The notes beneath the pieces are model-generated. The model had not been told where the DNA came from, ran no database searches, and saw nothing but the letters and a program-made list of their open reading frames with translations. This document shows, in pieces, positions 1-6,866 of a stretch of 15,165 nt of DNA. The DNA is from a candidate division WOR-3 bacterium. Its GTDB lineage: Bacteria; Hydrothermota; Tepidihabitantia; SM23-42; JAOAFX01. Each line of letters begins with the position of its first letter. Position 1 is the first letter of the stretch. The position numbers were made by a program, and so were the translations under genes. The DNA lies in the NCBI GenBank assembly GCA_039802265.1, contig JBDRWI010000056.1, positions 1 through 15,165 on the forward strand, in the 5' to 3' direction.

Positions 1-171
1 GGCAAACATCGTCTTACCATACGCAGGCCAGAATTCATTCCAGCCCATGCCGGCGGTACGCAACCGGGCATCAAGTTCGGCGATTTCTTTATTTAATAGG
101 ATTCTGGGGGACAGGTATAAACTTTTAAACTTCTTATTGACGTGTTGTTTCTCTTGAGTATGATTGTTCAT
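1..171 (-). CDS. Possible partial ORF running off the left edge (hypothetical protein); its first ~21 codons lie inside the transposase element
   Basis: Manual translation from ATG at 171-169 gives MNNHTQEKQHVNKKFKSLYLSPRILLNKEIAELDARLRTAGMGWNEFWPAYGKTMFA with no stop to position 1. The part outside the element (RILLNKEIAELDARLR...) looks protein-like. No family recognised. Confidence 0.3.
   Translation of the reverse strand, partial: MNNHTQEKQHVNKKFKSLYLSPRILLNKEIAELDARLRTAGMGWNEFWPAYGKTMFA
107..132 (+). repeat. Left terminal inverted repeat (26 bp)
   Basis: GGGGACAGGTATAAACTTTTAAACTT, exact reverse complement of 1029-1054. Confidence 0.95.
137..164 (+). promoter_or_regulatory. Sigma70-type promoter for the transposase, probably leaderless
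   Basis: TTGACG (137-142), 16-nt spacer, TATGAT (159-164). ATG at 173 follows 8 nt after the -10 box and no Shine-Dalgarno is visible. Confidence 0.55.
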
Positions 172-172
172 A

Positions 173-1036
173 ATGCCAAGAAAATTTCGTTTAAAGGGTA
201 AAAGGTTATATCATCACATCTATGCTTGGGGTAATGATCGGCATCCAGTTTTTAAGGCTGATGAGCATTATGCCAAATATCTTGATTATTTGGGGTATTA
301 TAGTCTGCGTTATAAGATAGAAGTAATTGCTTATGCTTTAATGGAGTGGCATGTACATCTTTTTTTGTTTGATGTTTTTGGCAGGATTTCCGAATTTATG
401 AAAAGTTTGCATGGAGAATATGCGCAATTTTTCAATCGTGTGACCAGGCGGGTTGGTCATGTTTTTGGTGAGCGGTTCAATAATCGGATTGTTCAACCGA
501 ATAATTATGGTTTATGGTTATCGCGTTATATTCATCGTCAGCCGGTTGATGCTGGGATAGTAAATGATCCAAAGGATTACCCCTGGACAAGTTATCGGGC
601 ATATCTTGGTTTAGCGCCGAGAGGTTTTTTAAAGCCGGCGGTGATTCTTGAGCAATTTGGCCATGGTGGGGTAGCTGTTGAGCGTTATCGTGAGTTTGTG
701 TTGGGTGTGGAAGATGGTCCGGTTAACTGGCGTAAGGTAGCTGATTCAATTATTGGTGATGCGAAGTTTATTGAAAAAATCGAGGTATCAATTGATGATG
801 GCAAAGAGGATGAATGGCAGGCTGAAGATTTGTTAAAGGCTTTGAGTGGACAGCTAAAAGTGAAAGTTGAATCATTATTAGAGCCTCGTGGTTACAAGAT
901 GCGGGAGATTCGGCATAAGGCGTTTGTGATTTTGGCAGCGAAGTATGGATTATCTGCCGCGCGGATTGCCCGGATGTTTAAAGTTTCGGCAACGGCAGTG
1001 GCTAAGGTTTTAAAGAAACAAAATGAGAAAGTTTAA
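173..1036 (+). CDS. REP-associated tyrosine transposase-like protein (Y1_Tnp, IS200-superfamily HUH nuclease) with C-terminal DnaA-domain-IV/TrpR-like HTH
   Basis: MPRxxR N-terminus (start reassigned from TTG164 to ATG173), YHHIYAWGNDR, HUH motif YALMEWHVHL, GHVFGERF, catalytic Tyr in RYIHRQP, YPWTSY. C-terminal GLSAARIARMFKVSATAV is HTH-like. Confidence 0.9.
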   Translation: MPRKFRLKGKRLYHHIYAWGNDRHPVFKADEHYAKYLDYLGYYSLRYKIEVIAYALMEWHVHLFLFDVFGRISEFMKSLHGEYAQFFNRVTRRVGHVFGERFNNRIVQPNNYGLWLSRYIHRQPVDAGIVNDPKDYPWTSYRAYLGLAPRGFLKPAVILEQFGHGGVAVERYREFVLGVEDGPVNWRKVADSIIGDAKFIEKIEVSIDDGKEDEWQAEDLLKALSGQLKVKVESLLEPRGYKMREIRHKAFVILAAKYGLSAARIARMFKVSATAVAKVLKKQNEKV

Positions 1037-1054
1037 AAGTTTATACCTGTCCCC
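1029..1054 (-). repeat. Right terminal inverted repeat (26 bp), containing the transposase stop codon
   Basis: AAGTTTAAAAGTTTATACCTGTCCCC; TAA stop at 1034-1036 lies inside it. Confidence 0.95.
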
Positions 1055-1243
1055 TATCTTCCTATCTTCTTCTTGAGGAGAATAAACACCCCCGGCGCGA
1101 TGTTTTAAGAAAATAGACCTGTTCTTGCCATCTTTTAATTTCCGGGAATTTAATCTAAGGGCAATAGAAGAATTTACATCAGCATTTTCAACCAAGATAA
1201 TTGGATTATTTGAAGATGTAATAGGTAAGTTTTCCCAAAAAAT

Positions 1244-1303
1244 TGTAGGGCAAGGCTTCAGCCTTGCGATTAAATTAACGCAAACCTAAAGGTTTGCCCT
1301 ACA
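1244..1303. repeat. GTAG-type REP doublet (REPIN/BIME-like)
   Basis: TGTAGG-GCAAGGCT-TC-AGCCTTGC (1244-1267), 12-nt spacer, inverted partner GCAAACCT-AA-AGGTTTGC-CCTACA (1280-1303). Each unit is a GTAG tag plus an 8-bp palindrome. Confidence 0.85.
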
Positions 1304-1305
1304 TC

Positions 1306-1361
1306 ACCCCTCACCCTTGCCCTCTCCCCGCTTTGGCGGGGAGAGGATAGAGGCGAGGGGT
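1306..1361. repeat. CCCTCACC...CCTCTCCC/GGGAGAGG...GAGGG palindromic element, copy 1
   Basis: Core stem CCTCTCCCCGC-TTTG-GCGGGGAGAGG (1321-1346), outer stem ACCCCTC/GAGGGGT; related copy at 14127-14177. Confidence 0.85.
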
Positions 1362-1417
1362 CATTAAAATTTTTGAATTAGGGAAATTGTTGAAACGGTT
1401 TTGGGAAAAAACTAAAG

Positions 1418-1545
1418 AAGCTGGGTCATAACCTCTACTCTGTCGTTCTTTGTCATTCTGAACGAAGTGAAGAATTTCGGTTTTGCGATACTTTTGAGAT
1501 TCTCCGGTCGCTACGCTCCCTCAGAATGACATTGCGACACAGCCT
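1418..1545. mobile_element. Putative MITE with degenerate TIRs enclosing a GTCATTCTG palindrome
   Basis: AAGCTGGGTCATAA (1418-1431) matches the reverse complement of 1532-1545 (AGGCTGTGTCGCAA) at 10/14 positions. Confidence 0.4.
1451..1531. repeat. TGTCATTCTG-type palindromic REP-like doublet, copy 1
   Basis: TGTCATTCTGA (1451-1461) pairs with TCAGAATGACA (1521-1531); inner AGAATTTC/GAGATTCT. 1451-1478 is 26/28 identical to the reverse complement of 13966-13993. Confidence 0.85.
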
Positions 1546-2605
1546 AAACTATTATTTTTTTGAGAAGATAGAATAGCAAAAAGGCGATGAATGCCAGAAT
1601 CGTTGAAAAATAAAGGAGTGAAGGGAGTCCATTTTGGGCGATTATCCCGCCGATTAGCGGTCCAGTTATCCCGGAAAGCCCGATTACTGAGTTCAGGATT
1701 CCCGAGACCGTTGCCTGTTCAACATTGTTTGAAAGCAAATATTTTAGAGCCCCTAAATATAATGACCCCCAGGAAAAACCGAGGAGAATCTGGAAAAATA
1801 GAATCATCTGCCAGTTAGCGGAAATAGCATAGCCCAAAAAGGTCACTGCTGAAGAGAATAGACCCAGTGTAATTAAAGAACTGCTATTGAATCTATCCAT
1901 ATAGACCATAAAGATAAACTGGAATAAAGGATTTATACCATAGAGCAGACCGATATGAAATCTATCTGCACCAAGTCTTGTCAGATAAATCGGAAATATC
2001 GCCCAGATTCCCTGGGCTGCGGTGTGTCGGAGAAAGAAAGGGAGATAGACCCGCATATTCCTGAGGAGAACCCTTACCGGAAAGAGTGGAACCGTGATTC
2101 TTCTCTTCTCTTCTTTTATTGAGAAGGAAAGAAAAAAACCAATAATGCAAAATCCTGAGGCGCAGAGAAAGACAGGGAAATCATTCTTTATGATTCCGGG
2201 TAGGAAATTACCAATTGTAAAACCCAAAGAGCCCAGTCCTGTAAAGATGCCCAGGGTTTTACCACTGGCAAGGGCAGAAAGGGCGCCAGGTATTATCCCA
2301 AAGCCAAAACCCGCAAGTCCCCTCAACAAAAATATTGAAGGGATGTCCTTTATAAAGATATGGAAAATGAGGATAATCGAGGAAAATAGAAATCCAAGGA
2401 TTATGATTTTTCTACGACCATAAATATCACCAAACCGACCAAAGATATAGGAAGAAAAAAAGAGTGTCCCGTTATATAAACCTGAGATTAAAGATACGAG
2501 GAAAAGGTCGCTGGTATAACGATAGGCGATTAAGGGAATGAATATTGAGGCAGTTATCCAGGATGCCGAATAAAGGAAGTTTAAGATCGAAGGGATTTGT
2601 GCCAT
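1544..2605 (-). CDS. MFS transporter
   Basis: 353 aa, highly hydrophobic with ~12 TM segments; MFS motif A FGRFGDIYGRR; LLRGLAGFG; GPLIGG near the C-terminus. Confidence 0.9.
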   Translation of the reverse strand: MAQIPSILNFLYSASWITASIFIPLIAYRYTSDLFLVSLISGLYNGTLFFSSYIFGRFGDIYGRRKIIILGFLFSSIILIFHIFIKDIPSIFLLRGLAGFGFGIIPGALSALASGKTLGIFTGLGSLGFTIGNFLPGIIKNDFPVFLCASGFCIIGFFLSFSIKEEKRRITVPLFPVRVLLRNMRVYLPFFLRHTAAQGIWAIFPIYLTRLGADRFHIGLLYGINPLFQFIFMVYMDRFNSSSLITLGLFSSAVTFLGYAISANWQMILFFQILLGFSWGSLYLGALKYLLSNNVEQATVSGILNSVIGLSGITGPLIGGIIAQNGLPSLLYFSTILAFIAFLLFYLLKKIIV

Positions 2606-2611
2606 CTCAAT

Positions 2612-3157
2612 TTAACCACCCAATCGGACAAGCGGCACATTTGCCTTACACAATGGACACTCCTGGGGTTTGTAGTTTACTACACCTTTTTTGTAAAGGC
2701 AGTAGTATTCAAATGGCATCTTCTGAACGCTGCGGTCAATCAGGACGGAGATTCCTAAAATCTCTGCCTCCTTTGCCCTCACTGCCTCAATTGTTTCCAT
2801 CAATGACTTACCGGTGGTAAGCACATCATCCACTATTAAGACCCTTTTGTTCTTTATATCAAATCCGCGGCCGATAACCCTCTTTCCTTCTCGCTCCTCG
2901 GCAAAACCGGATAGACATCTGAGATGGCGCGCGGTCTCAAAGGCAATTATCACACCACCGGTGGTTGGTCCGATTACCCATTCAACACCTTCATCGGTAA
3001 ATTTCTTGGCAATCATGGCACAGAGTTTTGTAGTAGCAATTGGATTCTCAAGGATTCTAAATTTCTCAAAGTAGTATTTGCTATGCAATCCAGAATTTAA
3101 TAAAAAATGCCCTTCCTGCAGGACATTCAATTTTTTAAGTAATCTCTCTAAGTCCAT
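2612..3157 (-). CDS. pyrE: Orotate phosphoribosyltransferase
   Basis: GHFLLNSGLHSKYYFEK, PRPP-binding VLIVDDVLTTGKS, C-terminal CPLC; adjacent to pyrF. Confidence 0.95.
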   Translation of the reverse strand: MDLERLLKKLNVLQEGHFLLNSGLHSKYYFEKFRILENPIATTKLCAMIAKKFTDEGVEWVIGPTTGGVIIAFETARHLRCLSGFAEEREGKRVIGRGFDIKNKRVLIVDDVLTTGKSLMETIEAVRAKEAEILGISVLIDRSVQKMPFEYYCLYKKGVVNYKPQECPLCKANVPLVRLGG

Positions 3158-3866
3158 CTTCTATCTCCCTGATTATTCTTTCTGCAACCAAAAACGGGTC
3201 TTCGGCCTTTAAGATCGGCCTGCCCACGACAATATAATCAGCCCCGGCCATTATTGCTTCTTTGGCGGTCATCGTCCGTGCCTGGTCATCAACCGTCTCT
3301 CCCTCTGCCCTTATTCCGGGGGTGACGATTAAAAAGTTTTTACCACAATTTTCCCGGATAATCCTTATTTCCTGGGCTGAGGCAACCACACCATCAAGTC
3401 CTGAACTCTGGGCAAGCCTTGCCAGAAGCAAGACCTGTTCAGTAAGGGAGCGCTTAATATCTCCAAACAGGTCCTTAAAATATGCCTCATCGATACTGGT
3501 AAGAACCGTAATTCCTAAAAGTTTGGTCTTGGGTAGTTTCTTGAGGTCGGAAATCAAAGAAACCGCCTTTACCGCCTCTTCCAGCATTGAAAATCCACCA
3601 CTGGTATGCAGGGTGAGCATATCAACCCCCATCTCCATTGCCCCTTCACAGGCCCGGGCAACGGTATTGGGAATGTCGTGGTATTTAAGGTCAAGCATCA
3701 CCTTCAAACCCCTTTCCTTCAAAAATTTTACGATATCTGGCCCCCAGTAGGTAAATGGAATTGCCCCAACTTTGTAGTATTTAACCAGCCCCTGTAATCT
3801 TTCAACGACCATTTTGATTTTGTTAAAGTCGTTCAAGTCAAGGGCAACGATCAATTTATCGGACAT
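3135..3866 (-). CDS. pyrF: Orotidine-5'-phosphate decarboxylase
   Basis: LIVALD, DLKYHDIPNTV, VTPGIR, DDQAR, VVGRPI; RBS GGAGG upstream. Confidence 0.97.
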   Translation of the reverse strand: MSDKLIVALDLNDFNKIKMVVERLQGLVKYYKVGAIPFTYWGPDIVKFLKERGLKVMLDLKYHDIPNTVARACEGAMEMGVDMLTLHTSGGFSMLEEAVKAVSLISDLKKLPKTKLLGITVLTSIDEAYFKDLFGDIKRSLTEQVLLLARLAQSSGLDGVVASAQEIRIIRENCGKNFLIVTPGIRAEGETVDDQARTMTAKEAIMAGADYIVVGRPILKAEDPFLVAERIIREIEDGLREIT

Positions 3867-3875
3867 GCTGCCTCC

Positions 3876-4712
3876 TTAAATCAGTTTTTTTAATTCCTTT
3901 ATTATCCTCAGCGGGGCATAAGGGTCGCGGAGAACTACCGAACCCACCGCCACTGCCCGTGCGCCGGCAAGCAAAAATTCATAGGCATCCCGGCCTGAAT
4001 ATATTCCACCCATTCCGATTATGGGAACATTCAAATCCTTTAATCGATGAACGCAATAGAGGGCAAATGGCTTTATCGCCGGTCCTGAAAGTCCGCCAGA
4101 TATAATCATCCTTCTTTTTGTAGTATCAAATGCCATTCCGTAGATTGTGTTTATTAGTGAAATCCCATCCGCACCCCCCTCTATACAAGCATTAGCAATT
4201 ACTAAGGGGTCAACGAAATTCGCCGTGAGTTTTACGATAATCGGCAGTTTTGTCTTTTTCCTTACCATTTCAACAATCATCTTTGCACTATTGGGATTCT
4301 GACCAAACAGCACCCCACCCTCCTTTACATTGGGGCAGGAGATATTTAATTCAAAACCCGCCACCTCATCTCCAATCTCTTCAACGATTCTTGCATATTC
4401 ATCAAATGTAAATCCGGCAACATTAACAAAGACCATTTTGTTAATCTTTCTTATCTCAGGTAAGATTTTCCGGCAGAACTCCTTCACCCCTGGATTCTCT
4501 AAACCTACCGAGTTTATTAAACCGCAGGGTGTCTCACAGATTCTTGGTGGTGGATTCCCTGGTCTGGGCAGAAGGGTAATCCCCTTGGTAAAGAAGGCAC
4601 CGACCGCTGCGGTGACCCTTGGATATTTTAACCCAAAGCCAAACACACCCGATGCCAGAAAGACCGGATTTTTAAATTTCATCCCAAAGATTTCAACCTG
4701 CAGTCTATGCAA
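3876..4712 (-). CDS. pyrD: Dihydroorotate dehydrogenase B, catalytic subunit
   Basis: NPVFLASG, GNPPPR, NSVGLENPG, ELNISCPNV, GGLSGPAIKP, IIGMGGI; TTG start overlaps the pyrK stop. Confidence 0.95.
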   Translation of the reverse strand: MHRLQVEIFGMKFKNPVFLASGVFGFGLKYPRVTAAVGAFFTKGITLLPRPGNPPPRICETPCGLINSVGLENPGVKEFCRKILPEIRKINKMVFVNVAGFTFDEYARIVEEIGDEVAGFELNISCPNVKEGGVLFGQNPNSAKMIVEMVRKKTKLPIIVKLTANFVDPLVIANACIEGGADGISLINTIYGMAFDTTKRRMIISGGLSGPAIKPFALYCVHRLKDLNVPIIGMGGIYSGRDAYEFLLAGARAVAVGSVVLRDPYAPLRIIKELKKLI

Positions 4713-5448
4713 ACTCTATCCCCTTTAGATCAAATACCGGACCATCTTCACAGATTCTTTTGTATTCACCGTAGTATTTTATTGCACAGCCCAGACACAG
4801 ACCACAGCCACAGCCCAAAAAATCCTCACAGAAGGCATACACAGGAAATTTAAGATTTAAAGACTTCAACTCCTTAAGCATTTCCTTGGGACCACAGGCA
4901 TAACCAACCTCGTATTCACTTACATCAATCTCTCTGAGTGCGGAAATAACTGTCCCTTTCTTCTTACCCCCTTTTTCGGTAATGAAGATTGCCTCGGGTG
5001 AAATCTTTATTATATTACTCTTCAAAACTAAATCCTGCGGTCGCTTTGCCCCGTAAATAAAGGAAAAGTCTATTCCATATTTGTATAGTTGCTGGGCAAG
5101 GAAATATAAGGGTGCCACGCCAATCCCACCGGCAAGAAGAAGTGCCTTTTTATTTTCAATTTTTTTGATTCCCTTCCCCAGCGGTCCATAGATAATTATC
5201 TCCTCTTTGACATTCTTTCGGCTTAAAATCGCTGTTCCCTTTCCCACTACCTTTATTACCAGTAAGCACTTGCCACGATTATATGAAGCAATGCTTATCG
5301 GCCGATTCAAAAACGGGTCTAAAGAATCACTCACTTGAATCTGGAAAAACTGTCCGGGATGGGGATTGATCTCAGGCAAAAAGAACTCTATCGCGAATAT
5401 ATCAGAACCGAGCCAGCGCCGATTTTGAATCTCAACGATATGTCTCAT
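4705..5448 (-). CDS. pyrK: Dihydroorotate dehydrogenase electron transfer subunit
   Basis: PGQF, RPISI, GPLG, AGGIGVAP, ACGP, 2Fe-2S motif GCGCGLCLGC...RICEDGPVF. Confidence 0.93.
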   Translation of the reverse strand: MRHIVEIQNRRWLGSDIFAIEFFLPEINPHPGQFFQIQVSDSLDPFLNRPISIASYNRGKCLLVIKVVGKGTAILSRKNVKEEIIIYGPLGKGIKKIENKKALLLAGGIGVAPLYFLAQQLYKYGIDFSFIYGAKRPQDLVLKSNIIKISPEAIFITEKGGKKKGTVISALREIDVSEYEVGYACGPKEMLKELKSLNLKFPVYAFCEDFLGCGCGLCLGCAIKYYGEYKRICEDGPVFDLKGIEFA

Positions 5449-6844
5449 CAATGCTATTCTCTAATCCCAATATCTTCTTTGCGCTTGATGCATATTCGGT
5501 ATTGGGATATTTCTTAAAGAGCTCATGCGCAAGCAAAAGAGAGAGACTGTCTTCTTTCAAGAGATTTTTTGTAATCCAGAATCGGGCATATAGCGCCTTG
5601 GGTGCCCACTCGCTTCCCGGGAAATCTCTATACACCTGTTCATAGAATGTAAGTGCCTTATTGATGTCTTTGATTTCAGTGTAATACAATTCGGCAAGGT
5701 GAAACCGGGCACGGGCCAGGTCGATTGTATCCTGAACCAAATTATTTATTCTTCTTAGAATATCCCCTCTTTTTCTCGCCATTAATGGATAATCACCACC
5801 CGATAATTTTGCTGCCGAGTCATAATAGGCAATTGCCAATTCCAGGCTGTCTTCATATTCACCAAGTTGACCCAATTCATAATAAGCCCGGGAGACATAT
5901 TCGGAACTTTTATTATCCAGCAGTTCAAGATAGATCTTCTTTGCTTCAGGAACACAGTTGGTCTTTAGGTTGATACCCGCCAGAATTAATTTAAAATCCG
6001 GTTCATCCTCCCCGGAAAGAAAATACTTGCATTCTTCATACCTATTCGTCTCAAAGTAAATCTTTGCGATCTTTAATTTTATCCTTTTTGTCTCTTCGGA
6101 AAGCCGAATCATTTTCAACATTTCCTGATAAGTCCTGAGTGCCTCTTCATATAATTTCAGGTCATACTGCGCCTCCCCCAGAATATTCAAGATGGTTATC
6201 CGTTCTTTCTTGCTTAATCTCTCCTTGAGCAAGGATTGGGCGGTATTATTGAGCGACGCAAAATTTTTATCCTTGTAATACGCATAACAGAGCATAATCC
6301 CGGCGAGTTTCCGGTATCGCCGATAGTTCTTTAACTCACTGAAGGAGATTATCGCCTTATTCAATCTATTTGATTTATAATGTGCCAATCCCTGAAAATA
6401 AAGGGCATCGTCATAGAACTTTGAATCAGGATAGTTTTGAATGAGCAGGTCTAACTTCTCAACGGCGCGGACATAGTCTCCCTTGTAATAATAAGATGAC
6501 CCCATAATGAATAGTGCGTCATCAATGTATTTGCTACTTGGATATTTGACAATTACTGCAGTCGCCTTCTCAATTGCCTTATCAAAAAATTCTGAATCGT
6601 TTATCAGTGTATCACTCTGAACCAACTTTTTTCCCTGAGCGTAATAATTCTGGGCATTATAGAAGGTGTTAAAATAGGCACAATTTGTTTGCAGGATTAG
6701 CAAAACAAACCCGAAAGGCAAAATTCTAAATCCAAGACCCCGGCACCTGAAAATTTTTATGAATTGAGAAAATTGGACAGCTAAATTTTTTTTTGGATTT
6801 CGGAATTCGGATTTAGAATTTATGGAATCAGGATATTTAGGCAT
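5432..6844 (-). CDS. TPR-repeat lipoprotein (BamD-like or PorW/SprE-like)
   Basis: Hydrophobic stretch then Cys (LLILQTN-CAYFNTFYNA); repeated YPxSxxxxxA TPR motifs. Start reassigned to ATG6844 (after the tldD stop, with GAAGGT SD-like sequence) instead of 6928. Confidence 0.8.
   Translation of the reverse strand: MPKYPDSINSKSEFRNPKKNLAVQFSQFIKIFRCRGLGFRILPFGFVLLILQTNCAYFNTFYNAQNYYAQGKKLVQSDTLINDSEFFDKAIEKATAVIVKYPSSKYIDDALFIMGSSYYYKGDYVRAVEKLDLLIQNYPDSKFYDDALYFQGLAHYKSNRLNKAIISFSELKNYRRYRKLAGIMLCYAYYKDKNFASLNNTAQSLLKERLSKKERITILNILGEAQYDLKLYEEALRTYQEMLKMIRLSEETKRIKLKIAKIYFETNRYEECKYFLSGEDEPDFKLILAGINLKTNCVPEAKKIYLELLDNKSSEYVSRAYYELGQLGEYEDSLELAIAYYDSAAKLSGGDYPLMARKRGDILRRINNLVQDTIDLARARFHLAELYYTEIKDINKALTFYEQVYRDFPGSEWAPKALYARFWITKNLLKEDSLSLLLAHELFKKYPNTEYASSAKKILGLENSIDETYR
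6720..6822. repeat. Heptamer-repeat inverted element inside the TPR gene 5' end
   Basis: AAATTCTAAATCC (6721-6733) / GGATTTAGAATTT (6809-6821) is a perfect 13-bp IR; tandem 7-mers GGATTTC GGAATTC GGATTTA GAATTTA at 6795-6822. Confidence 0.75.
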
Positions 6845-6866
6845 TGGGACCTTCAGATATTTAATA

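Larger units (their letters stand above)
107..1054 (+). mobile_element. 948-bp element: RAYT-like Y1/HUH transposase gene bounded by perfect 26-bp terminal inverted repeats
   Basis: Left GGGGACAGGTATAAACTTTTAAACTT (107-132) and right AAGTTTAAAAGTTTATACCTGTCCCC (1029-1054) are exact reverse complements. They enclose only a promoter and the transposase ORF. Confidence 0.85.
1230..1409. mobile_element. Putative MITE-like wrapper with 11-bp inverted ends enclosing two palindromic elements
   Basis: TTTTCCCAAAA (1230-1240) and TTTTGGGAAAA (1399-1409) form a perfect but low-complexity inverted repeat; non-coding interior. Confidence 0.4.

Noticed and set aside
107..1054. Classical IS200/IS605 element or DDE-type IS
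   Set aside because: No tnpB, the protein is about twice TnpA length, and the ends are TIRs rather than subterminal hairpins. The motifs are HUH/Tyr rather than DDE, and there is no flanking direct repeat.
1010..1195. 61-aa minus-strand ORF as an intact gene
   Set aside because: TTG start without an SD, C-terminus encoded by the TIR and antisense transposase, no recognisable family. Kept only as a possible gene fragment.
1230..1545. CRISPR array or tRNA/ncRNA gene in the hairpin-rich region
   Set aside because: No regularly spaced direct repeats with unique spacers, no cas genes and no cloverleaf. The structures are inverted repeats that recur elsewhere in the window.
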